Of a stretch of DNA of 64,000 nt, positions 13,755 through 27,864 are shown one piece after another. Source of the stretch: Eledone cirrhosa (taxonomy: Eukaryota); the NCBI GenBank assembly GCA_964016885.1, contig OZ024748.1, forward strand, positions 49,662,001 to 49,726,000, given 5' to 3'. The notes below the pieces were generated by a model, which saw only the letters and a program-made list of their open reading frames with translations, made no database searches and was not told the DNA's origin. The first letter of the stretch is position 1; every line of letters starts with the position of its first letter. Position numbers and translations under genes: made by a program.

Positions 13755-13791
<37 letters not shown>

Positions 13792-13937
13792 TATATATAA
13801 CAATGTTTTTTTTCATGATTTAATTTTAGTTTTCTTTGTATTGTTTTTCATTATTTTTCTTCCTATCATTCAAAAAAGTGATATTTCCTCACATGTCTCT
13901 TTTCTTTTGTATTTAACAAAACTTAGTTGTTTTAAGC

Positions 13938-14193
13938 CAGTGGTCTTCAACCTTTTCACTATCAAGGCTCCCTTTTATATAAATGGATTTTCCCATTCCC
14001 ACCCTACTACAATTATTCCCCTCCCATATTGTTATCTAGTGAGAATAACAATTGACAGAGAGAAATGTTTATACTCAGAATTAAATGAATACCCAGTGGC
14101 ATGTGTATAATATGTTTTTAACAAAGTGCTTGAAATTTTGAAATTATTTCACAGATTCCCAGTGTTTTGTAGATCCCAGGTTGGGAACTACTG
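13938..14193. mobile_element. hAT/Charlie-like MITE, old
   Basis: TIRs CAGTGGTCTTCAACCT / AGGTTGGGAACTACTG; flanking 8-mers ttttaagc / atctatgc only partly match. Confidence 0.6.
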
Positions 14194-14652
14194 ATCTATG
14201 CTATAAATATTTTTCATTTAAAACAAATAGTCATTCTATAGTTGTATAAAAATCGTCAACAGTCCCATTACAAATGAAGTGAAATAAATATCACACAGAA
14301 AGTTCCCTTGTCTAAAAGACTGAAGGGCCTGTCCATTGGTTTAGAGCTTGGAAAGTGAGCGAGGGATCCCGTGAAGATCTAAACCACTCCCTTCACATTC
14401 TTTAAATAATAATATATAAAAGAACCTCCCAGCCATATTTAATTTGCAGAACTTTCCCTGCACTTCTTCTTTCGCCATGAAAGGAATCTCGATCTTCCTT
14501 GTGAAAATTTCTCATGGAATCTCTGCAGACAGGTGTGCAGGTGTGAATTCTCCACAAATGAGATTCATGGGTCATATATATATATAAACACATAGAACCT
14601 CACACACATACACACACACACAGACATATATATATATATATATATATATATA

Positions 14653-15222
14653 CGGGGTGGTATCAAAAAGTTCCTGGACTAGTTATGTTTAAAAAAGACT
14701 AATATATTTATCTAAATTTTAACAACATCTTCTTTGATATAGTCACCTTGCACAGAAATCCACTGGTCCCAGCATTCCTGCCCCTTTTGGAAGTCAGCCT
14801 TGAAATCATTTTCTGTAAGTGAGTTAGGGACTTTTTGTGATTCACTCTGCTTCTCGGCAATGGTGTTAAAATGGCAACCTTTGTGCTGCATTTTTAGCTT
14901 GGAGAAGAGATGGAAGTCCGCAGGTGCTAAATCTGGCAAATAGGATGGGTGCGGAAGTGATGCAATGTTGTTTTTTAGCTTGGTGACAGGGTCCATTGTC
15001 ATTATGAAGTATCCAATTCTTTGCACTCCATAGATCCAGTCGCTTTCGTCAAACGTCCTCCCTCATATGCCTCAAAACGTTGCAGTAGAACTCTTGATTG
15101 ACGATCTGGCCCTGAGGAACGATACCATGGATGTCAAAAAGAACAATGACATGCATGCGGTTGATTGAGCTGTGGCTCTGTCGTGCCTTCCTTGGTCGAG
15201 GAGCTGAAGGGCTTTTCCACTG
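14653..15222 (-). mobile_element. Mariner transposase relic with one TIR
   Basis: ORFs contain HPSYLPDLAPADFHLF (YSPDLAP motif), QWKSPSAPRPRKARQ and PQGQIVNQEFYCNVL; TA-CGGGGTGGTATCAAAAAGTTCCTGGACT terminus; truncated by (ATT)n and SINEs. Confidence 0.9.
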
Positions 15223-15265
15223 ATAATAAGAAATCATCCTCATTATTATTATTATTATTATTATT

Positions 15266-15453
15266 AAGGGTCGGTGGATTGGCAGTATCGGTAGAGGGTC
15301 GGATGCCATGCTTTCCAACATAGCTACGTCCCTTTACGATCTGAGTTCAAATCCCGCCGAGGTTGACTTTGCCTTTCATCCTTACGGGGTCGATAAAATA
15401 AGGTACCAGTAATGCACTGGGTAATTGCTGGCCTTGTGCCAAAAGTAGAAACA

Positions 15454-15506
<53 letters not shown>

Positions 15507-17790
15507 AGGGTGGTGTATTGGCAGTTTTGGTAGATAAAATAAAGTACCAGTAATGCACTGGGGTAATGCTTTGCAGCATAGTTATGTCCTTTTATGTTCT
15601 GAGTTCAAATCCTGCCATGGTCAGCTTTGCTTTTCATTCTTTTCGATGGAGGACGGGGTTGATAAAATAAAGTACCAGTCAAGTACTGGGGTCGATACAA
15701 TAGACATTCTCCTTTTCCCTTAAATTGTTGGCCTTGTGCCATTGTTAGAAATAATTATTTTTGGGAGCATGATGGATTAGCAGGGCCATTAGAGTGTCAG
15801 ACAATGTGCCTTGTGGTATTTAGTTGTGGCCCTTTACAGTCTGAATTAAAATCCTGCTAAGGTTGATTTTCATTCTTCAGGGGTCATTAAAATCTCTACC
15901 AGTCATTTACTAATTTCATTATATTTGAATATTGGCAGTATTGATAGAGGGTTGGATGCCATGCTTTGTAGCATAGAGTTATCGCCCTTTATGATCTCAG
16001 TTCAAATCCCGCCGAGGTTAACTTTGCCTTTCATCCTTACAGGGTCGATAAAATAAAGTATCAGTAATGTACTGGGGTAATCCCTGGCCTTGTGCCCAAA
16101 GTAGAAACAATTATATTTGAATATTCCCATCTTGCAAATTTCCGGCCTTTTACATATGAAAAAAAAAAATTATTGTTGTTGTTGACGGATTGGCAGTATT
16201 GGTAGAGTGTCAGAGAGCGGCCCTTTATGTTCTGAGTTCAAATGCCGCTGAGGTCAGCTTTGCCTTTCATCCTCAAAGGGTCAATAAAATAAAGTACCAG
16301 TAATGCACTGGGGTCGACTTTCCCCCTCCCCCAAAATTGCTGGCCTTCTGTCTAAATCAGAAATCATTATTATGGGTTGGCAGTATCGGTAGAGGGTCGG
16401 ACGCCATGCTTTGACGCATAGAGTTACGGCCCTTGCCATTCTCTGTTCAAATCCCGCCGAGGTTAACTTTGCCTTTCATCCTTACAGGGTCGATAAAATA
16501 AAGTACCAGTAATGTACTGGGATAATTGCTGGCCTTGTGCCAAAAGTAGAAACAATTATTATTATTATTAACCACATAAGATGGTGGATTGGCAGTGTTA
16601 GTAGAGCTTTGGACAAATATTGCTTTGAAATATTTAGTTATGACTTTCTACATTCTGAGTTCAAATCCTGCCAAGGTCAACTTTGTCTTTAATCCTTCCA
16701 TATTTGATAAAATAGAGTACCAGTTAAATGTTAGGGTCAGTACAATCGACTTTCTCCTTCCCCACAAAATTGTTGGCATTTTGCCAAAATTAGATATCAT
16801 TGGCAACTATTAGTACCAGTAATGTACTGGGTGATTGCTGGCCTTGTGCCTAAAGTAGAAACAATTATTAACTGAGGTTTAACTTTGCCTTTCATCCTTA
16901 CGGGGGTCGATGAAATAAAGTACCAGTAATGTACTGGGATAATTGCTGGCCTTAGAAACAATTATTATCATTATTAGCAGTAGTAGTAGTAGTAGTAGTA
17001 GTAACAGTTTTATAAGAGCAGTGGACAGGAAGAAACATTAGAACTTTGGACAAAATATTTTGCTGTGTTTAGTTGTGGAGCTTTACATTGTGAGTTCAAA
17101 TCCTGCCGAGGTTAGTTTTGCCTTTCATCTTTCTGGTGTCGATAAAGTTAAGTACCAGTAATGCACTGGGGTTGATTTAATCTCCATATTGCTGGCCTCA
17201 TGCCTAAATCAGAAACTATTATTAATGTTATTATTAAATCCTGCCGAGGTTAATTTTGCCTTTCATCTTTACGGGGGGGGGGGGGGGGGTCAATAAAATA
17301 AAGTACCAGTAATGCACTGGGGTCGATTTAACCGACTTTCCTCTACTCCAAAATTGCTGGCCTTGTGCCTAAATCAGAAACCATTATTATTATCATTATT
17401 AGGAGGTGGATTGGCTAAAGTAGAAACAATTATAAGGAGGTGGATTGGCAGTATCGGTAGAGGGTCGGACGTCATGCTTTGACGCATAGAGTTACGGCCC
17501 TTGCCATTCTGAGTTCAAATCCCGCCAAGGTTAACTTTGCCTTTCATCCTTACGGGGTCGATAAAATAAAGTACCAGTAATGCACTGGGATAATTGCTGG
17601 CCTTGTGCCAAAAGTAGAAACAATTATTAGGAGGGTGAGGTAGATCACTAAAAAATAATAAAAAAAATAATAATCCTTTCTATGTTGATATGTTTTATGT
17701 TCAAATCTCGTTAGGTCAACTTTGTAATTCAACCTTCCGGTGCTGATAAAATAAAGTTCCAGTTAGATACGTGGATTCTTTTCCCACACA
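15266..17790 (+). mobile_element. Head-to-tail array of tRNA-derived SINE family S1, more than 10 full or partial copies
   Basis: A box TGGCAGTATCGG, B box GAGTTCAAATCC, core AACTTTGCCTTTCATCCTTACGGGGTCGATAAAATAAAGTACCAG (resembles the Meta-SINE domain, from memory), tail GGCCTTGTGCCAAAAGTAGAAAC(ATT)n. Confidence 0.9.
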
Positions 17791-17874
17791 CACCCCAAAT
17801 TTATATCCTTCCATTTAATATATGTCCTTGTCCCTAAATTATACATTATTTTTATTATTATCAGAGTGAGAGTA

Positions 17875-17909
<35 letters not shown>

Positions 17910-18087
17910 ACCTCTGTCGTTGAAGTAATGGAATGTATGAGCAAGCCATCACATTCTAATTAAGCTTGTTTCAGACCAACCCACGCCACCATGGAAAATG
18001 AATGTAAAATGATGATGATGATGACTGTGTAGCAGAATTTGTATACATACATATAGCATCATCGTCATTGTTTTAACGATTGCCCAT

Positions 18088-19140
18088 GGTAAGAAACTCT
18101 CAGGGGAGCTGGACAGCAGAAGATCTCCAGAAAGGAAACTCTCAAGAGAGCTGGACAGCAGAAGGTCTTCAGAGAAGAAACTCTCAGGAGAGCTGGACAG
18201 CAGATCTCCAGAAAGGAAACTCTCAAGAGAGCTGGACAGCAGAAGGTCTTCAGAAAAGAAACTCTCAAGAGAGCTGGACAGCAGAAGGTCTTCAGAAAAG
18301 AAATTCTCAAGAGATCTGGACAGCAGAAGGTCTCCAGAAAGGAAACTCTCAAGAGAGCTGGACAGCAGAAGGTCTTCAGAGAAGAAACTCTCAGGAGAGC
18401 TGGACAGCAGATCTCCAGAAAGGAAACTCTCAGGAGAGCTGGACAGCAGAAGGTCTTCAGAAAAGAAACTCTCAAGAGAGCTGGACAGCAGAAGGTCTTC
18501 AGAGAAGAAACCCTCAGGAGAGCTGGACAGCAGAAGGTCTTCAGAAAAGAAACTCTCAAGAGAGATGGACAGCAGAAGGTCTTCAGAAAAGAAACTCTCA
18601 AGAGAGCTGGACAGCAGAAGGTCTTCAGAAAAGAAACTCTCAAGAGAGCTGGACAGCAGAAGGTCTCCAGAAAAGAAATTCTCAAGAGATCTGGACAGCA
18701 GAAGGTCTCCAGAAAGGAAACTCTCAAGAGAGCTGGACAGCAGAAGGTCTTCAGAGAAGAAACTCACAGGAGAGCTGGACAGCAGAAGATCTTCAAAGAA
18801 GAAACTCTCAGGAGAGTCGGACAGCAGGTCTTCAGAGAAGAAACTCTCCGGAGAGCTGGACAGCAGAAGGTCTTCAAAGAAGAAACTCTCAGGAGAGCTG
18901 GACAGCAGAAGGTCTTCAGAGAATAAACCCCCAGGAGAGCTGGACAGCAGAAGGTCTTCAGAGAAGAAACTCTCAAGAGAGATGGACAGCAGAAGATCTC
19001 CAGAAAAGAAACTCTCAAGAGAGCTGGACAGCAGAAGGTCTTCAGAGAAGAAACTCTCCGGAGAGCTGGACATCAGAAGGTCTTCAGAAAAGAAACTCTC
19101 AAGAGAGCTGGACAGCAGAAGGTCTTCAGAGAAGAAATCC
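18088..19140. repeat. 42-bp minisatellite, about 25 copies (AAACTCTCAAGAGAGCTGGACAGCAGAAGGTCTTCAGAGAAG)
   Basis: Read directly; some units carry short deletions; produces the 14-aa repeat ORFs on both strands. Confidence 0.95.
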
Positions 19141-19607
19141 CACCTCAAGCAAGTGTTTTGACCCTTAATTTCTTACACTTAAGGGTACTGGGCTACATCC
19201 AGGTCATGACTCCTGGGTGCCCTTCTGCTGATATTTAGCCATTCAGATATCAGAGACTTCTGTATTTAAACTGCATGGAGATTTGTTGACAAGATCTAGC
19301 TGGAACTCTTCTCCATTATATAAATATATATATGTACATGTGTGTGTATATATTTTCTTTGTTCCTCTCTTTTGTTTGTTCTTTTACATCTTTTAACACT
19401 TGACATTTCATTGTGTCTATTTCATCAGGTTAAACTTTCTGAATTTGTGATTTATTTTTTTAGCAGTATTAATTATCTAACAGTAAAAGAGGAAATCAAG
19501 TTGGTCAGAAAAGAAATGTGAGGTATTGCTGTTGCTAGGAATAATGTATTATCAATAATTATATATTTGGCATTCAGTGTATCAGCTATAACTTACTCCT
19601 ACCCTAC

Positions 19608-19807
<200 letters not shown>

Positions 19808-20063
19808 TATATACATATATTGGTAAACGGAATAGAAAATGCTGACAAATTGTTCACAGTTGAAAAATGGTTTAATTAGGAATAAAAGAGTATATACATA
19901 TATATATATATAGTATATATGTATATATATATATATATATATATAAACAATTAAGTTAAAAACGAAATTTAATTTCGAAACGAAATTAATTAAAACAAAT
20001 AACGAAACAAAATTTAATTTCGTTTCGTTATTTGTTTTTATATATATATATATATATATATAT

Positions 20064-20257
20064 AACGAAGGAAATGTGGTAAGGAACCAGGTGGACCATA
20101 ACGCACCAAAGTACTCAATACTTGAGGTAGTAGAGTGGGTAATAGGAACCAGTAAGACCCCGACAGCTGAGCTCAAGCCGTTTCGACGGCTAATTCTCCG
20201 GAGAATTAGCCGTCGAAACGGCTTGAGCTCAGCTGTTGGGGTCTTACTGGTTCCTAT
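20064..20257. mobile_element. (TA)n-flanked fold-back element, family B (3' half of a hammerhead)
   Basis: Palindrome 20142-20257 centred on CC|GG at 20199/20200; other copies at 31316, 44323, 52258 and 63976. Confidence 0.85.
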
Positions 20258-20376
20258 ATATATATATATAAAGATTTACATATACACAAACTAGACAAAG
20301 TCATAGATATATATGTTTTTGGCAACCATTCACGATGTGGCTCAATGATGAATTAATAAATTAAATAATCAGAGCA

Positions 20377-21074
<698 letters not shown>

Positions 21075-22383
21075 GCATACACAAAATGGCCCTTTACCTG
21101 ATTAAATATATCAATATTTGTGATTGGAGTTAGTAAACTACTCGCCTTGTGGTGTTTAGTAACATCCACCCTCCCTTACATTTGTAAATTTGTATCCCAC
21201 ATTTGTTAACTTTGCCTTTCATCCCTCCAAAAATGAATAATGATGAGAATCAGAAATATATTAGGACCAAGTCTGTTGACTTAACCCCTTTTTATTATCT
21301 CCTTACAAAAAACAAAACAAAACAAAAAAAACCTCAAAACCCTCAAAAACAAAACAAAATTAAAAGATAATTTGCCTTATACTTCAGTGAAAGACCCAGT
21401 AATGGGGGTGAAGAAGGGCAACAAATTGATAGAAATTACAAAAGAAATCTCTGGACTAAATATTTGAAGTATTTAGTCTAATTTCTCTACATTCTGAGTT
21501 AAAATCCTGCCTAGATTCAAGTTTGCCTTTCACCCCACACCCTGTGGTATCAGTGCAGTTATTAACTATCTCCTGTCTCCCCACTAAAAACTTGACTTTG
21601 TATCTAGTTAATAGAAATTAATGTTAACTATTAGGAAACTAAAAAAAAAAAAATTACTTCATTAACCAGTTTTTCTATTTCAAAAACTGACCCCAAAATT
21701 TTGTATTCTATGTACAGGTACTGTACCAATTATCTAGCAAATTTGGAAGTGATCCAAATTTGCCAGATTTCCAGATATAAGCTAAATATTCTTTAGCACG
21801 CTGAATTTTTTATGAATTTACTTCCCTTGACACTGCATTATGTGTTAAGGGGAGATTACTCTATCAGTGACATAATGCACCTAGAGGGCCCCAAAGGGTA
21901 TATACTTAAAATATAAAAATTATAAAATAAAGAATTAAAATGTATTAAACTCTTAATGTTCACTACCATATGAAACTTCATTAGCAAGACATTTTGGAAA
22001 AGTAGAAAGCAACACTATGACTGCGTTCCATTTAACAGTAAAATCTAATGCTGCAAATTTTCATAATCTGTCCACTACATTAAAGCTACTACAAACATTT
22101 GAATTAACAAACTGCATTAATATGCCATTCTTGAAAAGTACAAAATAGTTTTATAACTGCTGTCTTGAAACTAAAGCTGTGTTGGCATGTCAATTTCTAA
22201 ACCAGCCAGTTTCAAAATTCCTGGTTTTCTGGGATCAGGATAAATAGTTTACTACTTGTAAGTTCCTTTTCTGTTTCCAGCATAAGAAAACATTTTTACT
22301 AGGGCTGTCACGGTTTCTAATCTCATAAAGAACCTAACAAAGAAAACTAAATATTATTATTATTATTGTTATTATCATTATCA

Positions 22384-23345
22384 AGGGCAGTGGATTGACA
22401 GTATTGATAGACAACCTGCTTTGCAGCATAGAGTTGTGGACCTTTATGATCTGGGTTGAAATCCTGCCAAGATTAGCTCTGCCTTTCACCCTTACGGGGG
22501 TCGATAAAATGAAGCACCAGTAATGCACTGGGGTCGATTTAATCGACTTTCCCCTCCTTCCAAATTGCTGGCCTTGTGTCTAAATCTGAAAGCATTATTA
22601 TTATGGTTTGGCAGTATCGGTAGAGGGTCAGACGCCATGCTTTGACATATAGAGTTACGGCCCTTGCCATTCTGAGTTCAAATCTCGCCGAGGTTAACTT
22701 TGCCTTTCATCCTTACGGGGTTGATAAAATAAAGTACCAGTAATGTACTGGGGTAATTGCTGGCCTTGTGCCAAAAGTAGAAACAATTATTATTATTATT
22801 ATTAACCACATAAGATGGTGGATTGGCAGTGTAGAGCTTTGGACAAATATTGCTTTGAAATATTTAGTTATGACTTTCTACATTCTGAGTTCAAATCCTG
22901 CCAAGGTCAACTTTGTCTTTAATCCTTCCATATTTGATAAAATAGAGTACCAGTTAAATGTTAGGGTCAGTACAATCGACTTTCTCCTTCCCCACAAAAT
23001 TGTTGGCATTTTGCCAAAATTAGATATCATTGGCAACTATTATTAACTGAGCGATGGATTGGCAGTATCGGTAGAGGGTCGGACGCCATGCTTTGACGCA
23101 TAGAGTTACGGTCTTTGCCATTCTGAGTTCAAATCCCGCCGAGGTTAACTTTGCCTTTCATCCTTACGGGGTCGATAAAATAAAGTACCAGTAATGCACT
23201 GGATAATTGCTGGCCTTGTGCCAAAAAGTAGAAACAATTATTAACTGAGGTTTAACTTTGCCTTTCATCCTTACGGGGTCGATAAAATAAAGTACCAGTA
23301 ATGCACTGGGATAATTGCTGGCCTTGTGCCAAAAAGTAGAAATAA
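22384..23345 (+). mobile_element. Second head-to-tail S1 SINE array
   Basis: About 5 full or partial copies with the same A/B boxes and core; partly a duplicate of 16375-16950. Confidence 0.9.
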
Positions 23346-23600
23346 TTATTAACCATTATTAACCATTATTATTAGATTGAAATTATTTTCACCAGAAATA
23401 AGTTGTCATGGCTTGAATTTGAATGAATAATTCTTCTTAAAAATCTGCTTCTGTATAGGTATATATAGGTTTGTTTGTATATATATGTGTGCATAATATA
23501 TATATATATATATATATGTATATTCCTTATAATTTTTTAAACAAGCATGGGTACAAAATCCTATTGTGTTAAAAATAATTATGCGTGAAGAAAATTATTC

Positions 23601-23694
23601 ATTAAATTATTACCAAATACAGTTTCACATTAAATATTGATTAACAATTGTAAATCAATATTTAATGTGAAACTGTATTTGGTAATACTTTAAT
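23601..23694. repeat. Palindrome, about 42-bp arms, between (TA)n tracts
   Basis: TTACCAAATACAGTTTCACATTAAATATTGATT...AATCAATATTTAATGTGAAACTGTATTTGGTAA. Confidence 0.9.
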
Positions 23695-24016
23695 ATAATA
23701 TAATATATATATATATATATATGCACAATATATATATATATATATAAATATACACACACATACATATATTCATACTTACATATACACACACACACAAACA
23801 CATATATATAATGAATTAAAGACTGTTTGTTAAACTAAATGATTTTTGCGGGATTTCATTTATTCAAACCATGAAACAAAAGTTCCCAGGAATTTATTTT
23901 TCATCAATTTTCCCCAGGTTTTACATTTTATTCTTAAATGTTTCTCACGTGACACCTTTTATGCATTGACAAGTCAATTATTAATCATCGTAAGGTTCAA
24001 TTTTTTCCTTTCTTAA

Positions 24017-24204
24017 CCCTTTTGATACCAAACCACCTGGAACTGTCCCTGGTTCTATCATATATAAAGCTGTTTATTTTAAAGTGTTTATATTTATCTA
24101 AAACCCTTCCATCAGAAAGTTAGTTATATATATTACTGATTATTTTCTAAATTAATTGAAACACATGGACAGTGTCTTTTATTATAAATATGGTAACAAA
24201 AGGG
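24017..24204. mobile_element. piggyBac-like MITE
   Basis: TTAA-CCCTTTTGATACCA ... TGGTAACAAAAGGG-TTAA: 14-bp TIR with 1 mismatch and TTAA duplication. Confidence 0.75.
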
Positions 24205-24848
24205 TTAACCCATTAGAAACAAACAGTGACCAAATATATAACTGGTATGTTGATGTAGCTATCTGAATGTGCTTTTTGCAACTATAATGTTTCTTTCATG
24301 GGTTTTATAATGGTTGTGAGATTTTTTTTTATTGATTGTTTTTCCTTCTTCACAAATTGAGAATCCATTGGATAAAATTCTGGCATTTAAACTAATAAAA
24401 GTTTATAATATTGTGTAGAGAATAATAATAATAGTAATGATAATAATAGTGATTAGTAATTGAGTTTGTAGAGTCATTATAGCATCAGTTGCAATAGTTT
24501 CTGCTATTCATTCTTGCTCTTCCTGTTTGTGAGTTTAAACCCCTTCAAGGTCAACTTTGTCTTTCAAACCCCTTCAAGGTCAACTTTGTCTTTCATCCTT
24601 TCGAGGATGATAAATAAAGTACCAGATTATTACTGGGGTCAATTCTTCCTCTTTTTTTCTCTCTCTCTCTCTTCGGGAAGAAACCAGCAGTGTTTAAACC
24701 TGAACAGAAATGGGCACTAGCAGGTTAAATGTATAAGGTATGCTGTATATCATGACAATGATTCTACAACTTCATTTAGAGTTCAGGACCAATGGAATGA
24801 TGGATGAGAACATTAAGGTTCACTTACTGTCAAAGGTTCATTTACTGT

Positions 24849-25130
24849 GGAGGCATGTGGCCTAGTGGTTAGGGTGCTGGACTTACAATCATAATGTTGT
24901 GGGTTCGATTCCTGGACTGGATTGTCTTTTGTGTCCTTGAGCAACACACTTCATTTCATGTTGCTCCAGTATACTCAGCTGTAAATGAGTACCAGCAATA
25001 GCTGGGGGTTTAACCCTGTGATGGACTGGCGTCCTGCCCAGGAAGGAGTCTTGTATTTTCAGTTGCTTCATGCTATGGAAATCAGGATAAGCACTTGCCT
25101 GATGAGCGTCTGGGTTTGTGACAGACTTTA
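24849..25130 (+). mobile_element. tRNA-derived SINE, family S2, near full length
   Basis: A box TGGCCTAGTGG, B box GGTTCGATTCC, then GTGTCCTTGAGCAACACACTT and CCCTGTGATGGACTGGCGTCCTG; truncated relatives at 45138-45257 and 62251-62400. Confidence 0.85.
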
Positions 25131-25929
25131 GACTTGTTTTTACCGTTAAAATATTTGCTATAATGATGACTTAGATGAATGTCACGCTAAATCTTTACTG
25201 GATTAAAAAAAAATTCTTAATACTCTTTCTTATTTAATCTCCCCATTGAAGGTTGATATTTTTTTCAGTGTAAGGCGCTAAATTTTGGAACCTAAACCTC
25301 AACATAGTTAAGGAACTAAGAACATATCCAGCTGACCAAGAAACACGTTTCTCATTCTGATTGTTGTTAATATTATAATATCAAACATTTTATAATGTTT
25401 TAATTTCAGAGTTGGTCTTGTCTGGCATGATTTAAGACTGTATGTTGAAACTTAAGCAATTATATCATAGACAAGTCATATTTAAGACTTTATGTTGAAA
25501 CTAAAGCAATTATATCATAGACAAGTCATATTAACCATTAAAAAAACATGCATACAAAATTTAATTTCATATTATATATATTTATTTCTTATAAGAATCA
25601 AAATAAGGAGGAAACAGAGAAGCAAAAATAGTTATTAAGTAGGTCACATAATGTGTGACCTACTTAAATAACCATCCGACTACTAAACTAACTGAAACTG
25701 AGGAATGGATTAGTTACCTAACTAATAATAAAACTGGTGCATGTGTTTTTATTGGCAACATGACCCTCCCAAAGTATAACAAAATTCTTCTAAGAAATAA
25801 ATGTAAAGTGAGTTTAAGAGATTTTGTGAGTTTTTGAGGGGTTAAAGTGACACGTTAATTGCATTAGTTTGTAAATATTTCAATATCTTTGATGGAATCA
25901 TTAATTTTGTCATTAGCAACAAACACAAG

Positions 25930-26430
25930 GGCAGTTGATTGATAGATTCGTTAGAATGTCAGACATTTAGCAGTATTTATTCCAGTTCTTTACGTTCTGC
26001 GTTCAAATCCTGCTGAGGCCAACTTTGCCTTTCATCCTTCCAAGGTCAATATAATATAGTACCAGTTATGTCTTGGTGTCATTATAATATAGTACCAGTT
26101 ATATACTGGTGTCAATATAATATAGTACCAGTTATATACTGGTGTCAATATAATATAATACCAGTTATGTACTGGTGTCAATATGATATAGTACCAGTTA
26201 TGTGATGGGGTAAATATAATATAGTACCAGTTATGTGATGGGGTAAATATAATATAGTACCAGTTATGTAGTGGGGTTAATATAATATATTACCAGTTAT
26301 GTACTGGTGTCAATAAAATATAGTACGAGTTATGTACTGGGTTAATATAATATAGTACCAGTTATGTACTGGGTTAATATAATATAGTACCACAAACTGG
26401 TTGGTCTTGTATCTGTCTAAATAAGAAATC
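25930..26430 (+). repeat. S1 SINE containing a 33-bp minisatellite (about 10 copies, 26045-26391) derived from its core
   Basis: SINE head GTTCAAATCCTGCTGAGGCCAACTTTGCCTTTCATCC runs into (GTCAATATAATATAGTACCAGTTATGTACTGGT)n, then a decayed SINE tail. Confidence 0.85.
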
Positions 26431-26992
26431 ATTAGTAAAAAAGTCTGAGAAACACTTAATCATTTCGATATGTTTTTAGCTCCTTTGTTTTGCTTCCATA
26501 AGGCTTCGGTTCCAAAACTATTTCTTTCAGAATTTTCAAATAATCTTATGAAAAACAATCCAGGAACAAAAAAAAAAAATAATAAAAAAAAAGATGCAGG
26601 AACTATCTTTACCCAATGCCAAAAAAATTTTTGAAAGAAATTAAAGAAACATGTTTTGTTGTTTGTTTGTTTGTTTTTATAAAAATATATTCATCAAAAT
26701 GTTTTTTTTATTTTTTTTTTTAAATCATTAACAAAAAAAACAAAAATAAAGAAAATAAAAATAAATAGTTTTCTGAAGCTTGTATATTTTAGAATGAATT
26801 CTGTACAAAAGTGGAGACAACATTTGACAGTCTTATTCAGTGCTTTGTATATAGATGTTGTAATTGTCTGTTTAAAGCAACTTATGTCTATATATGGCAT
26901 TAAGTGGTTCAATGATTCAGTTGATTGTTATGCTGATACAGTTAAAGGATGATCTGGTAATTATGATGATAAACATTCACCAGAGTGTTATG

Positions 26993-27050
<58 letters not shown>

Positions 27051-27146
27051 CTTTGTAATTATATTTCGAGGCAGCTAATTAAAGTTTTTTTCTCTCTTAC
27101 ATCCACTCAGTTTCATTCTTTTTCTATCTGTGTCTGTGTGTATTAA

Positions 27147-27631
27147 TGGTGATGATGATGATGGTGGTGGTGGTGGTGGTGGTTGTGGTGATGGTGGTGG
27201 TGGTGATGATGATGATGTTGATGATGATGGTGGTTGCGGTGATGGTGGTGATGATGGCGGTGGTGATTGTGGTGATGGTGATGAGGATGATGATGGTGAT
27301 GATAATGGTGGTGGTGGTTGTGGTGATGATGATGATGGTGGTGGTGGTGGTGATGATGATGATGTTGATGATGATGGTGGTTGCGGTGATGGTGGTGATG
27401 ATGGCGGTGGTGGTTGTGGTGATGGTGATGATCATGATGATGGTGATGATGATGGTTGTGGTGATGGTGATGATGATGGTGGTGGTGGTTGTGGTGATGG
27501 TGATGATGATGATGGTGGTGATGATAATGGTGGTGGTGGTTGTGGTGATGGTGATGATGGTGGTGATGGTGATGATGATGATGGTGGTTGTGGTGATGGT
27601 GATGATGATGGTGGTTGTGGTGATGGTGATG

Positions 27632-27662
<31 letters not shown>

Positions 27663-27772
27663 AGGGGATGATGATGACGATGATAATGACGATGATGATG
27701 ATGACGACAATGGTGATGATAACAATGATGATGATGATGATGATCTACCAATAGTAAAAATAGTAAAAATCG

Positions 27773-27860
<88 letters not shown>
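27147..27860. repeat. (GAT/GGT)n trinucleotide tract followed by (CA)n
   Basis: Read directly; accounts for the poly-D/G/H/M ORFs. Confidence 0.95.

Positions 27861-27864
<4 letters not shown>

Larger units (their letters stand above)
13541..13755 (+). mobile_element. (TA)n-flanked Penelope-like terminal-repeat remnant, family A, with inverted 5' arm
   Basis: Palindrome 13541-13689 followed by a unique tail ending at (TA)n; hammerhead in each arm; relatives at 52409-52550 and 61275-61378. Confidence 0.75.

Noticed and set aside
17949-19168. Long ORFs on both strands (399, 362 and 220 aa)
   Set aside because: 42-bp tandem repeat open in several frames at once, as expected for a non-coding minisatellite.
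24849-24920. tRNA gene
   Set aside because: A and B boxes are present but run into a SINE body; no complete cloverleaf; multiple decayed copies.
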